Source: Granulicella sp.
GTDB lineage: Bacteria; Acidobacteriota; Terriglobia; Terriglobales; Acidobacteriaceae
Length of the DNA stretch: 64,000 bases
Assembly (NCBI GenBank): GCA_027339965.1
Contig: DAHWNL010000030.1
Span: 19,687 to 83,686 of the forward strand
Reading direction: 5' to 3'
How positions within the stretch are numbered: the stretch's first letter is position 1; each line of letters begins with the position of its first letter. Under the pieces are notes generated by a model. It was not told where the DNA came from and ran no database searches. It saw only the letters and a list, made by a program, of their open reading frames with translations. Positions 1-13,108 of the stretch are shown piece by piece. Made by a program: the position numbers and the translations under genes.

Positions 1-75
1 CCATGGGCGTTTTCCCCAATGAAAACGCCACTGCACGCCCCCTCCGGCGTACCCATCAACACTGAAAATGCTATA
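1..75 (+). mobile_element. MITE copy A (truncated by window edge)
   Basis: Near-identical to the 3' part of the copy at 18246-18361; ends CACTGAAAATGCTATA. Confidence 0.85.
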
Positions 76-412
76 AGACCGCAGAGCTACCGGGAGCTTA
101 TGAGAAAGCCTTAACCGCAGACGACAAACAACGCGATTAGATCAGAGAGTTGAAACTCCGACGCGCCGGCCACTAAAACCAATCACGCCTCGCGCAAGCC
201 GTTTGGACGCATCACGAAGGCTGAATTTCGCCCGCATGGCTTCAGCGAGGAAACATGCGCCCGAGGGCGACCTCCGCCCACCTCTCGAGCAGTACCTACG
301 CTCAGGTAAAGAGTCTATTGCCAAGTCAATCCCCATCGGACCGAACCAGGACCGCCGTTGAGCACTTCCCAGCAAAACGCAGAGCAAAGCTTCTTTCATG
401 ACCCCGCCAGGC

Positions 413-1003
413 CTACTTTGAGCCAGGAGGCACAATGCCGTTCATGCGCAAGTACTCGACCAGTTGCCCATAGTGGTCGAATCCATGAGCAGAGATGAAA
501 GATGCGAGGACCGACCGAGTGTGCAGTCCGTCAGCTCCGTCAATCGCAGTGTAAGCATTGGCGGGGGTAATCGACGCGATCGCCCTGTGAGCGTAGACAA
601 AAGAATCCGTAGCCGCCTTCAGGAGCTGATCCTTCGTCGTCAGACTCTCCACCTCTTTCGCCTCCGCCGGCACCCTCTCACCCAGGATCTTCGAAGCAAA
701 GTAGAAGTTCGCCTCCGCTACATGCGCTATCTGCTGCGCGAAGGTACGGACCCCGTCATACTTCGCCCCCTGCCCGGCTGCAAACGTTCCCGCCCCAGGC
801 GCAAAGCTGTATTTGTCCGCAGGCATCGCCCGCGCAACTCCCATAAACTCACGCTGAAAGAGGTTCAGCAGCTCATTCTGCGCCTGCACCGGCGGCATCT
901 GGGCGCCGACGGCTACTTTCGGGCTTCTGGAACCCATTTGGGCAGAGCTCACCAATGCGCAGCTACCCAGAATCAAAACGGTGCAGACAAGCCGGAGACG
1001 CAT
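413..1003 (-). CDS. DinB-family protein with signal peptide
   Basis: N-terminal hydrophobic signal; motifs 'MPADKYSFAP', 'RTFAQQIAHVA', 'HGFDHYGQLVEYLRMNGIVPP' (DinB His triad). Confidence 0.85.
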   Translation of the reverse strand: MRLRLVCTVLILGSCALVSSAQMGSRSPKVAVGAQMPPVQAQNELLNLFQREFMGVARAMPADKYSFAPGAGTFAAGQGAKYDGVRTFAQQIAHVAEANFYFASKILGERVPAEAKEVESLTTKDQLLKAATDSFVYAHRAIASITPANAYTAIDGADGLHTRSVLASFISAHGFDHYGQLVEYLRMNGIVPPGSK

Positions 1004-1125
1004 ACGATCACCTCAACAGCAAATTTGATAGGGAGTGTAGCACAAGAAGCAGCGTTCTGTTCTTATCTGCTCGAATGGGTGTTTCCACGCGCCCATCGCA
1101 GACCTGGTCTTGCAACCCCTAGCCC

Positions 1126-1240
1126 CATAGCATTTTCAGTGTTGCTGGGTACACCGGAGAGGGCGTGCAGTGGCGTTTTCCTTGAGCAAACGCCCATGGA
1201 GGTCGAGGCGTCGCGTTACACCTGCACTGAAAACGCTTTA
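1126..1240 (-). mobile_element. MITE copy B
   Basis: Reverse complement of copy C; terminal inverted repeats TAGCATTTTCAGTG / CACTGAAAACGCTTTA. Confidence 0.9.
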
Positions 1241-1288
1241 GCCCGCTTGATCGCGTCCCGGTTGAAAGCCAAGGGGGCAAGAGTGCAG

Positions 1289-1333
1289 GGGTGCCCCACA
1301 TGCTCCCCGCGTTCTTTGCGGAGAGATGTGGGA
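1289..1333. repeat. REP-like palindrome
   Basis: GGGTGCCCCACAT...CCGC-loop-GCGG...ATGTGGGA imperfect hairpin downstream of hemA. Confidence 0.55.
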
Positions 1334-1375
1334 GACCACGAACCCGCATCGGAAGATTTTCAGGCGGTGAAAGAG

Positions 1376-2767
1376 CTACTGGTGTTGCGGGTCCCGCGGA
1401 CTGTGGAAATCCTCGATCTCCCGCTCCTCAGCAGATTCACGCAGCGCCGCGATCTGTGAGTGCAGCAGCTTGCTCGTTAAGGATTCTGTCAGTCTCTCCA
1501 CCGCAGCCATCTGCTCGGCGGTCAATGGGTTTCGCGAGAGCTGCTGTGAAATTCGCGCCAACTCCTGCTGCCGCATCTTCTCCGCGCCCAGCAGCAACTC
1601 CTTGATGGCATCGGTTACCGGCGCCCGGGAGATCCGGTCAGTGTAACGCGCCACCTCGCGGGCAACGATCGACTCGGCAGCCTCCGCCTCGCGATGTCGC
1701 GCCGCCTGGTTCTGCGTAGCCACCTTCTGCAGGTCATCAATGTCGTAGACAAAGCATCCCTCAACGTTGTTCACCTCGGGGGCTACGTCACGCGGCACCG
1801 CGATATCGATAAAAAAGATCGGCCGGTTCTTCCTGCGTTGCATCAGAACGCTCGCCTGTTCGGGGGTGAACATCTGGCCCGCGCCTGTGCTGGTGATCAC
1901 AATATCTGCACGATGCGCATACTCCTGCAACTGAAACAACGGAATCACGATAGTGGCGACCGTGGACGAGCGCAGAGCTTCGGCGACCGCCTGCGCCCTG
2001 GACTCGGTGCGGTTGGCCACCAGCAGCAGGGTGGCACCCTGCTGAATCAGGTGTCTCGCCGCAAGTTCGCTCATCTTGCCAGCGCCCACCAGAAGCACGG
2101 TCTTGCCGCTTAAAGAACCGAAGATCTTGCGCGCCAGCTCTGCGGCTACAGACGCCACCGAGACCGTGGTGTTGCCGATCTGCGTCTCGGTGCGCACCTT
2201 CTTGGCCACCGAGAAGGCTCTTTGCAACAAAGGATCCAGCATCGATTTCACCGCGCCCACCTCGCGGCCGACCGACCAGGACTGCTTCACCTGTCCCAGG
2301 ATCTGCGGTTCGCCCACCACCATGGAGTCAAGAGAACTGGCCACACGGAAGAGATGATGAATCGCATCGCGCTCCTGGTACTGATACAAATGGGGCTCGA
2401 TGTCGGTGGCGCCAACTTGCAGATACTCTTTCAGGAAACGAATGACGCTTCCGGCAGGCTCGAACTTGGCCTTTGCTGAAGCTCCATCGCCAGCCTCCTG
2501 CCCGCCATTCCAACCATCCTGGACGGTAAGAATCTCCACGCGATTGCAGGTGGAGAGGATCATCGCTTCGCGGATTCCAGGCTGGCCCGCAAGGGTGCGG
2601 GTCGCCTCCGCCAGCCGGTGACCCGGGATCGCCAGCCGTTCTCGCATCCCTACCGGAGCGGTGGTATGGTTCACCCCCAGCAGCAGCAACCGGGATGGCG
2701 GCGTCGAAGCCTGCGCCGTGATCTCCGTCTCCGGATGGTGTTGCGCACCCTGCCTGCAATCACTCAT
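1376..2767 (-). CDS. hemA: glutamyl-tRNA reductase
   Basis: STCNR catalytic motif, SLDSMVVGEPQILGQVK, GAGKM Rossmann motif, DIAVPRD. Confidence 0.97.
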   Translation of the reverse strand: MSDCRQGAQHHPETEITAQASTPPSRLLLLGVNHTTAPVGMRERLAIPGHRLAEATRTLAGQPGIREAMILSTCNRVEILTVQDGWNGGQEAGDGASAKAKFEPAGSVIRFLKEYLQVGATDIEPHLYQYQERDAIHHLFRVASSLDSMVVGEPQILGQVKQSWSVGREVGAVKSMLDPLLQRAFSVAKKVRTETQIGNTTVSVASVAAELARKIFGSLSGKTVLLVGAGKMSELAARHLIQQGATLLLVANRTESRAQAVAEALRSSTVATIVIPLFQLQEYAHRADIVITSTGAGQMFTPEQASVLMQRRKNRPIFFIDIAVPRDVAPEVNNVEGCFVYDIDDLQKVATQNQAARHREAEAAESIVAREVARYTDRISRAPVTDAIKELLLGAEKMRQQELARISQQLSRNPLTAEQMAAVERLTESLTSKLLHSQIAALRESAEEREIEDFHSPRDPQHQ

Positions 2768-3579
2768 GGCGTCTTGAACCTATGCACGACGGAGAAGGAG
2801 TTCGCCGCCCAGACGGCAATCATCACCACAAAGACAAAGCTGGAGAGATATACCGCACGTCTTCCGCGCAGCCCGCTGTGGGTGCGGATGAAGATCATCA
2901 GCACATAAGCTACCCACATGGCGAAGGAGAGCAATACCTTGGGGTCGGCAAAGAAGGCTGTTCCCATGGAGTCCAGCGCCAGCACCGTCCCAATCAGTAG
3001 TCCGGCAGTCATGCACGGAAGGCCCAGGCGCAGCGAGTTCAGCCCTATCTGATCCAGCGTCTCGAGTGGCGGCAGCCAACCGCGTTTGGACTCCATCCGC
3101 TTCTTCTTGAGCCGCTGCTCTTGTACGAGATACAGCAGGCTGGCAATCAAGGAGAGGAACATCGCCGCATAAGCCGCCAGCAGCAGCGCGATATGCAGAA
3201 AGATCCATCCGCTGCGCACCAGCGGGTAGGCAATTCTTTCATGCCCGGGATGAAACGCCGGAAGACTCGCCATCAGCACGGCAATGGGCAACAGAAAGAT
3301 GCCGAAGCTGGTGGTCCGATAACGAGCGGCCAGAAGCAGGAAGCCCACCACCAGCAACAAGCCCAGCATGGAGAGCGTCTCGTGGGTATCGACGGGCATG
3401 GCGCGGTGCGCCGCATACAGTGTCTCCGTGATGGAGACGAAATGGAAGAATGCCCCGGTGAACGCGGATGGAAGCGCAACATGCCGCCAGCGAGGGCGGT
3501 TATAGAGCGCGGCCGGCAACACTGCCAAGGCGGCCACGCCGTAAAGAATCACCGCAACTCGAAGCCAAATGAGGGTCAT
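2764..3579 (-). CDS. CcsA/HemX-like cytochrome c assembly membrane protein
   Basis: About 8 TM segments, 'WIFLHIAL', 'LPPLETLD', 'DPKV'; overlaps the hemA start; start chosen at ATG 3579. Confidence 0.85.
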   Translation of the reverse strand: MTLIWLRVAVILYGVAALAVLPAALYNRPRWRHVALPSAFTGAFFHFVSITETLYAAHRAMPVDTHETLSMLGLLLVVGFLLLAARYRTTSFGIFLLPIAVLMASLPAFHPGHERIAYPLVRSGWIFLHIALLLAAYAAMFLSLIASLLYLVQEQRLKKKRMESKRGWLPPLETLDQIGLNSLRLGLPCMTAGLLIGTVLALDSMGTAFFADPKVLLSFAMWVAYVLMIFIRTHSGLRGRRAVYLSSFVFVVMIAVWAANSFSVVHRFKTP

Positions 3580-3897
3580 AGGTCCAGCATCGCAGACTGC
3601 TCCTACGCGAAACTTCAGTATATCTTCCATTATCCCGGCCATTGTGACTGTGCTCACAGAAGCCCCTTCCGGGTAGCGTCGGGCGGCGCATCTCAATATC
3701 TGGCCGAAGGCGCAACCGAACGATGAAAAGGGGGGCCTGCCTGCCATCAGGCGCTCCAACCTGCACACGGCACTCGTAAGTCGGGCTTCCTTACGGCCTG
3801 CTCACGGCACCGGGAAGGCGGCATCGGCTCGGCCGGGTGTGCGTGGATCCTTTGCCCAGCCGACTACGATATTCTGTGCATTCAGGGCTTTGCGTCC

Positions 3898-6671
<2,774 letters not shown>

Positions 6672-6675
<4 letters not shown>

Positions 6676-7913
6676 GCCCCCGTCCCAGCCAACCCGGCAG
6701 GACCAGCCAGCGCAGTGCGCCCCAGCCTCGGCCTTTGCTGGTTGCCGGCGTCATGAGCGGCACCTCTGCCGACGGCATTGACGTAGCGCTGTGCCGCGTT
6801 CGCCCTGACCCGCATGCCCCAGTGCTACCGCGCCTGAAGCTGCTCGGTCATCGCTCCTTCCCTTACGAAAAGACCTTACGCTCCACCATCCTCTCCATCG
6901 CCGCTGGCCGCAAAACCACGGCGGCCGAACTCGCGCAACTCTCCTGGCGCTTGGGAGAACTCTACGCAGGCGCCATCGCGGAGACATCCGCGAGTCTGCG
7001 CCGCAAGCCACACCTGGCCGCCATCCACGGCCAGACCATCTACCACCAAGCAGTTTCCGCAAGGTTTTTGGGAGCCCCACTCCGCTGCACCTCTCAGGTG
7101 GGAGAGGCTGCCGCCATCGCGGAACGGATGCGCATCCCCGTCGTCAGCGACTTTCGCCCGGCGGATCTGGCGGCCGGAGGCCAGGGAGCGCCGCTGGTTC
7201 CCATGTTGGACTTCTGCAGTTTTCACCATTCGACGATGAATCGGCTGCTGCTGAATCTGGGCGGCATCGCCAACGTTACCGCTCTTCCCGCTGCGTGCTC
7301 CATGGCTGAGGTCCTGGCCTTTGACGCCGGCCCAGCCAACATGCTCATTGATCTGCTGATGCAACGGCTCTACCATCGTCCTCTGGATCGAGGTGGCGCG
7401 GTGGCCGCCTCCGGCCAAGTGCAGCGCCAGGTACTGAACCGGCTCATGACCGCGGCTTACTTCTCGCAGCCCGCCCCCAAGTCCTGCGGACGGGAGCAGT
7501 TCGGCACAGCTTTCGCCGAGCGCCTTCTCGTCCAGTGCCGGCGGGTGGGAGCTCGCCGTCAGGACGTCATCGCCACGGCTACCGCTTTCACCGTGGCCAC
7601 TCTTCTCGACGCCTACCGGCGCATCTGCCTTCCCCATCTTGCACGCTACGCATCACAGGCTCGATCCACGGAGCTGCTGGCCGCAGGCGGAGGCGCTCAC
7701 AACCCTACCTTGATGAGCATGCTTGAGCAAGGGTTCACTCCGCTCGGCGTCAAAGTTTCCAGCACTGCTAGTGCCGGCCTTCCGGTAGAGACCAAGGAGG
7801 CCGCGGCCTTCGCTCTGCTGGGTTGGCTCACCTGGCACCACCTGCCGGGCAACGTGCCCTCTGCCACCGGCGCCGCCCGGCCGGCCATTCTGGGCAAGGT
7901 TACCTTTGTATGA
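6672..7913 (+). CDS. anmK: anhydro-N-acetylmuramic acid kinase
   Basis: GVMSGTSADGID, HGQT, DLAAGGQGAPLVP, PKSCGREQF, KEAAAFA. Confidence 0.95.
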
Positions 7914-9559
7914 GGTATCGCCCGGCGCCGCAATCTCCTGTGCAAATCTCCCGCGAGCGGCCTTGTCAGCGCTTCTACTCTCCAGCCCTGGCACTGGCCG
8001 CACAGCATCGGCGCTGGAGGTGCGGTCTTGCCCTTCTGCTCACTTTAGCGCTCACCCTCACGGCATGCCGTTCTGCGCCTCAACCCCAGACCCTGGTCTT
8101 TCTCATCGAGTCCTCGCCGAACAGCCTGGACGTCCGTCAGGGCTCGGACTCGCAGTCGGAACGGATCGGCGATCTGATCTTCGACCCCCTGGTGCGCAAG
8201 GATGCTCACTTCCATCTGCAACCCTGGCTGGCTACGAGCTGGCTACGCCCCGACCCGCTTACCTGGGTCTTTCACCTCCGCCCCGGCGTTCGCTTCACCG
8301 ACGGCCATGCCCTCACCTCCGCGGATGTTGCCTGGTCCATCCGCAGCATGACCAACGGTTCCATCGTCACGCCCAAAGGCGGAGCCTTCGAAGCCATCAC
8401 CGTAGTGGAGACTCCAGATCCGCTCACCGTCATCGTCCATACCAGCACCCCGTTGCCCAGCCTGCTCTTCAACCTGAGCGATGGCCTGTTTGGCGTGGTG
8501 GAGGACGGAGCCGGTGCGGACGAGAGCCTGCATCCCATTGGCTCCGGCCCCTTCCGTTTTGTTTCCCAGGTCCAGGATAAGGATGTCATCCTGGAGCGTA
8601 ACCCTACCTACTGGGCAGGAGCACCCAGCCCGACGATCCAGCGAGTCCGCTTTGAGGTGGTGCCGGATACCATCACCGCCGCTCTGGAGATGGAGAAGGG
8701 GGCGGCGGATGTGGAAAGCAACCTGCTCACGATGGATATGGTGCATGCTCTGGGCGATCACGCCGCCAACTCCCGGCATCCCCATCTGGCCATCGCCACC
8801 GGCCCCGGCGCTCGCGTCGATTATCTCAACTTCAACGTGCAGGACCCTGCCTTACGCGATCCTCGCGTGCGCCAGGCCATCGCCCTGGCCATCGACCGTC
8901 CGGCGCTGATCGCCGCGCTGTGGCGTGGTCATGCGCGTCTGGCAGACACTTTGCTTCCGCCCGGCCACTGGGCAGAAGCGCCCGCAGACGAGCTTGCGCA
9001 GTATCCGCACGATATAGACCGGGCCATCGTCTTGCTCGACGCCGCCGGACGGCGGCCGGACCGCAACGGCATCCGGTTGCACCTCACCCTGAAGACATCC
9101 ACCGATGAGACCGCCCGGCTGGAGGCCCAGGCGCTCCAGGCCGAGCTGCGCCAGGTCGGAATCGACCTCACCCTGCGCTGGTCAGACTTTGGCACGTTCT
9201 ACTCGGACATCACGAAAGGCGCGTTCCAGATGTATCTGCTGCGCTGGATCGGCTCCAACGAAGATCCCGACATCTTTCACTACGCCTACGCGACGGAGAT
9301 GTTCCCTCCCCGGGGAGCCAATCGGGGCCACTACTCCAACCCTCGCGTGGATGCCCTTTTGCGCGCCGCCAACGACACTACCAACGAAACGGAGCGCCGC
9401 CGGGACTACATCCAGATCCAGCAGATCCTCGCTCAAGAGCTTCCCACCATTCCTCTCTGGTATCCAGACAACGTCGTGGTCCACTCCACGCGCCTCACGC
9501 ACCTTCGTCTGGACCCCGGGGGCAGCTTCGACTTCCTTCGCTCCGCCGAGCTGCGTTAG
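7910..9559 (+). CDS. ABC transporter substrate-binding lipoprotein (OppA/DppA family 5)
   Basis: Lipobox LTAC; 'WVFHLRPGVRFTDG', 'PIGSGPF', 'VRQAIALAIDR'; start approximate. Confidence 0.9.
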   Translation: MRYRPAPQSPVQISRERPCQRFYSPALALAAQHRRWRCGLALLLTLALTLTACRSAPQPQTLVFLIESSPNSLDVRQGSDSQSERIGDLIFDPLVRKDAHFHLQPWLATSWLRPDPLTWVFHLRPGVRFTDGHALTSADVAWSIRSMTNGSIVTPKGGAFEAITVVETPDPLTVIVHTSTPLPSLLFNLSDGLFGVVEDGAGADESLHPIGSGPFRFVSQVQDKDVILERNPTYWAGAPSPTIQRVRFEVVPDTITAALEMEKGAADVESNLLTMDMVHALGDHAANSRHPHLAIATGPGARVDYLNFNVQDPALRDPRVRQAIALAIDRPALIAALWRGHARLADTLLPPGHWAEAPADELAQYPHDIDRAIVLLDAAGRRPDRNGIRLHLTLKTSTDETARLEAQALQAELRQVGIDLTLRWSDFGTFYSDITKGAFQMYLLRWIGSNEDPDIFHYAYATEMFPPRGANRGHYSNPRVDALLRAANDTTNETERRRDYIQIQQILAQELPTIPLWYPDNVVVHSTRLTHLRLDPGGSFDFLRSAELR

Positions 9560-9574
9560 GCGGCACCCGTTGCC

Positions 9575-9931
9575 TCAGTTCGACGCCACCTGATTCTTTT
9601 CGGAACGAAGATAGCGAATCGCATCCACCTTCGAGATGGCGATCAATCCACCGGCAAGCATCTCTTCCACCTGCGGCAGGAGCTTCTGTATCTGCTCCTC
9701 GGTGTCAACGATGGTCACCATGACGGGAAGATTGCTGGAGATGGAAAACAGGTGCGGCTGGTAGATTCTGGCGCTTGCGCCAAAGCCCTCCAGACCGCGG
9801 CAGACGGTTGCTCCGGCGATGCCCAGTTCCATGCACCGGGCCACGATGGCTTTGTAGAGCGGCTCACCCTGCCATTGATCGGTCTCCATGCAGTGGATGC
9901 GCAGCATTCTGGCGTTGAACTCTTCCTTCAT
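9575..9931 (-). CDS. DUF190 (PII-like) single-domain protein
   Basis: 'LRIHCMETDQWQGEPLY...GIAGATVCRGLEGFG...S.NLPVMVTIVD'; start at MKEEF. Confidence 0.85.
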   Translation of the reverse strand: MKEEFNARMLRIHCMETDQWQGEPLYKAIVARCMELGIAGATVCRGLEGFGASARIYQPHLFSISSNLPVMVTIVDTEEQIQKLLPQVEEMLAGGLIAISKVDAIRYLRSEKNQVASN

Positions 9932-9935
9932 CGCT

Positions 9936-10655
9936 TCACGCCCCTTTGTCCGCAACGGAGGGCCGGTGCGCGTATTTGATAATTTCGACTTCGGAGATCA
10001 CCACCAGGCCCTCCTGAACCATCTTGTCGACCAGAGGAAGAAACTCTTTCAGCTTCTCTTCGCTGTCCACCACCGAGAGCACGATGGAAGCATCCTCGGA
10101 GAGGCGAAACATCCTGTCTTTGTGAATCCTGCGGTGGGCGCCATAGCCAAGGATGCCACGATAGACCGTAACCCCAGCCAGGTCGTTGGCTCGCATGGCC
10201 TCCACCAGGGCCTGGTAGAGCGGCTTCTCCTGCCAGCGATCGCTCTCACCGATAAAGATCCGCATCATCTTCGCCCGGCCTTCCATCTTCACCGCCTCCG
10301 GCGAGGCCTTGGTCTTCGGCCTGGAGGATTCTGCCGGCTTGACCACAGTCGTCTCCTGTACCTCGATCATGCCCGAACCGACCAGTTCCTGGAGCTTGCC
10401 TATAAGTTGATCCACCTTCTCCATCGTCTCGATGAACTCGATCTTGATCGGCAGCCGATCTGAGATCTCCACGAAGTTTGTGGAGTGCATATGATGATCG
10501 GCTCCGAAGCCGGCAACTCCCTTTAGCACGGTAGCTCCGGAGACACCGCGAAAGAAGAGAAAATCGAGCACACTGGCATAGTCCGAGACGCCATGATGGC
10601 TGGCTCCCGAACTCAGATAGATGGATACCTTGACAGCCTTTCCCGCAGCTAACAT
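9936..10655 (-). CDS. tandem two-domain DUF190 (PII-like) protein
   Basis: Two repeats with 'GATVLKGVAGFG' and 'GVTVYRGILGYG'; start at MLAAG. Confidence 0.85.
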   Translation of the reverse strand: MLAAGKAVKVSIYLSSGASHHGVSDYASVLDFLFFRGVSGATVLKGVAGFGADHHMHSTNFVEISDRLPIKIEFIETMEKVDQLIGKLQELVGSGMIEVQETTVVKPAESSRPKTKASPEAVKMEGRAKMMRIFIGESDRWQEKPLYQALVEAMRANDLAGVTVYRGILGYGAHRRIHKDRMFRLSEDASIVLSVVDSEEKLKEFLPLVDKMVQEGLVVISEVEIIKYAHRPSVADKGA

Positions 10656-10767
10656 CGCTCTCCTTTGCGAATACAGACCTCGGTTGCAGAATGAAAAGTT
10701 GGCTTGAAAGATCCACCATTGGATCTCTCTGCGAACTCCCACCGAGCCGACCTTTGAAGGACCCGGT

Positions 10768-11145
10768 TCACGGCAGCCACTTTGCCAGACGAACGCCGCA
10801 CCAGACACCGGCCAGGCCAAGGACCAGGCTCAGCCCGACATAGGATCCTGCGATCAGGAAACTGCCGATCTGCAGATTGCTGAAGGTCTCCCATTCAAAG
10901 GTGGAGAAGGTGCTATAGGCGCCGATAAACCCGGTCGGGATCAGATATCTCCAAGACGGGTTCAACTCCACGTGCTGGTCAAGAAACTCCAGCGAGAAAC
11001 CGATCAGAACGCAGGCGGTAATATTAATAACAAAGGTGCCGTAAGGGAATCGAGTCCCCATCCGGCCCGAAACGGCGGAGCCGACCCAAACTCGGGCCAG
11101 AGCGCCGAGCGAACCTCCGAGCGCGATCCAGATATATTTCTGCAG
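10768..11145 (-). CDS. crcB: fluoride channel Fluc/CrcB
   Basis: GGSLGALAR, FPYGTFVIN, GFIGAYSTFSTF; start uncertain (CTG 11145 or TTG 11172). Confidence 0.95.
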   Translation of the reverse strand: MQKYIWIALGGSLGALARVWVGSAVSGRMGTRFPYGTFVINITACVLIGFSLEFLDQHVELNPSWRYLIPTGFIGAYSTFSTFEWETFSNLQIGSFLIAGSYVGLSLVLGLAGVWCGVRLAKWLP

Positions 11146-11280
11146 CTCTTCATCTCCACTTCCGCGCCTCAAGCTTCACGCCGGACGCAGGTTCTGCGCG
11201 GCGAGTGAGCCCGCCATGCGCAGGGTTAATCCATCTGACCTGGAATCTTGAAGAGGCGCAACTCTCCCGCAGGATTCCCT

Positions 11281-11360
11281 GTCAGGAGTCATCATCTGCC
11301 GGGTCGTAATGGAAGGACGCCGATGGACCGGCAGCGGATAAGGGTGAACTCCATCACCAC
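11281..11360 (-). ncRNA. fluoride riboswitch (crcB motif)
   Basis: Minus strand reads GGTGATGGAGTTCACC...CCGC...GATGACTCCT, matching the consensus and its GGAGT/ACTCC pseudoknot; lies upstream of crcB. Confidence 0.92.
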
Positions 11361-11369
11361 AATAATCTC

Positions 11370-11398
11370 TTTGTATGAGCGCGACCGGGTTCTGTCAA
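11370..11398 (-). promoter_or_regulatory. putative sigma70 promoter of the riboswitch-crcB operon
   Basis: TTGACA-17 bp-TACAAA on the minus strand, about 10 nt before the riboswitch. Confidence 0.55.
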
Positions 11399-11995
11399 CC
11401 GCCATCTCATTCCGGCGGGTTGAGGCAGAACGCCGGCGCTCGTCCGCGGCATATTTTGCACCGCCGCCCCCCCCAGGCCACGGCCAAGGCAGAAACAGGG
11501 ATGACCGTGCGGTTGCGACGGCTACGCTTGCTGGCGACGATGCTCTCCGATCGATTCGACCCAGCGAGCCAGAACAAAATCGGCATTCCTCGCGCTATCC
11601 ATGAGACATGGGCGCAACAGTTCCCTATATGAGCGTGCCAAGGCTTCCAGGTCGAGGGTTCGGCCGAGCAAGGTACAGCACATTTCAGAAGTCACGATCG
11701 CTACCCTGTTAGCGTTTGTCGAGAAGTGGACGCCCCACAGCTCGCTCCTTTGAGGGGCTGGACCGCACCCTGCGCCTCACACAGCAGCTGAATCGAACGA
11801 AGGACGAAGGGCACGCAATCTAATCCGGCCTCGGAGTTCCAAATCATCTCAACAAACTGGGTATACCGCCTCTCCCAAGGCTTTGATCGGCCTTTGAAAC
11901 CAGGTCTTCTAGTCCCATCGAAGCAACGACATCCTGCCGCGCACCCTGCCGTCCGCCCGGTTTCCTTGTTCTGGACTCCCCGAACGCCTCCTCCG

Positions 11996-13108
11996 CTACT
12001 TCGCGCGCGGATGCGTCTGGTCGTATACCCTCTGGATCTGCCCCACTGTGAGTTGCGTGTAACGTTGTGTCGTGCTCAATCGCTCGTGACCCAGCATCTC
12101 CTGGATGGCGCGAAGGTCGGCTCCCTCCTCCAGCATGTGAGTCCCAAAGGCGTGGCGCAAAGAGTGGGGATGCACGTCGGCAGCCAGGCCACGGCTGAGC
12201 GCGATACTCTTGACGATTCTTCCCACACTGCGCGTGGTCAATCGCGCAGCGCCTTTGGCCACTCCCACGCGTAGCCGGATCAGCAGCGGACCCTGCTGCG
12301 CCAGCGCTCCCAATCCCGCAGCTTCCAGCCGAACCTGACGCTGGGGCAGGTAGGCTCGCACCGCTTCTGCCGCCGAGTCGCCCAGCGGCACCAAGCGTTC
12401 CTTGCTTCCTTTGCCGAAGACTCGAATGGCATCATCCCGCCAGCAGATGGAATCCATATCCAACCCCACCAACTCCGAGTTTCGAATTCCGCATCCGTAG
12501 AGAAGCTCAAAGATCACCCTTTCCCGCTCCGGCCAGGTTGCCCTCTCCCCGGTTTGGAGATCGCTATTTCTATTGCCTGGCGAGGCCACAGCCTGTGATC
12601 CTCGGCCCGGTTCCAGGGAGTCAAGTAGACGATTCACCTCTTCCACACTAGGTACCCGAGGCAGATGTTTGGGCAGCTTGGGCGTGCTCACCAGCAAGGC
12701 CGGATTGCTCTCCAGCAGTCCCCTTTTGGCAGCCCACTTGAACCAGCTCCGGATCGCGGCCAACGCCCGCGCCACACTGGCCTTGGTCAATCCCCTGGCC
12801 AACAGCGAGGCCATGTACGCTCTTATCTGGGTGTGCTCTACCGAAGACAGGGGCGAACCCTGGGCAGCCACTCTGCCCGTGTTCTCGGTGAGAAACTCTG
12901 CAAAGGCTCTCACCTCCCGCGAGTACGCCCGAAGCGTATGTTGGCTGGCGCCTCGCTCCTCGCGCAATCCAGAAAGAAACTCTTCCCCGAGCGCCAACAA
13001 GTCCGGCCCAGCCGCCACTTTGGAAGCCGGCTTCTCTCCCACGTCCTTCTGCCTTTTGAGGGAGCGGGCCACCGGATGCGAATGCTTCCCTTCGCTAGAA
13101 CATCTCAT
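11996..13108 (-). CDS. xerC: tyrosine recombinase XerC
   Basis: [49 protein letters not shown] overlap with the xerD stop. Confidence 0.85.
   Translation of the reverse strand: MRCSSEGKHSHPVARSLKRQKDVGEKPASKVAAGPDLLALGEEFLSGLREERGASQHTLRAYSREVRAFAEFLTENTGRVAAQGSPLSSVEHTQIRAYMASLLARGLTKASVARALAAIRSWFKWAAKRGLLESNPALLVSTPKLPKHLPRVPSVEEVNRLLDSLEPGRGSQAVASPGNRNSDLQTGERATWPERERVIFELLYGCGIRNSELVGLDMDSICWRDDAIRVFGKGSKERLVPLGDSAAEAVRAYLPQRQVRLEAAGLGALAQQGPLLIRLRVGVAKGAARLTTRSVGRIVKSIALSRGLAADVHPHSLRHAFGTHMLEEGADLRAIQEMLGHERLSTTQRYTQLTVGQIQRVYDQTHPRAK

Noticed and set aside
11442..11995. 550-bp intergenic region as a possible gene or RNA
   Set aside because: No convincing ORF or structure could be identified by eye
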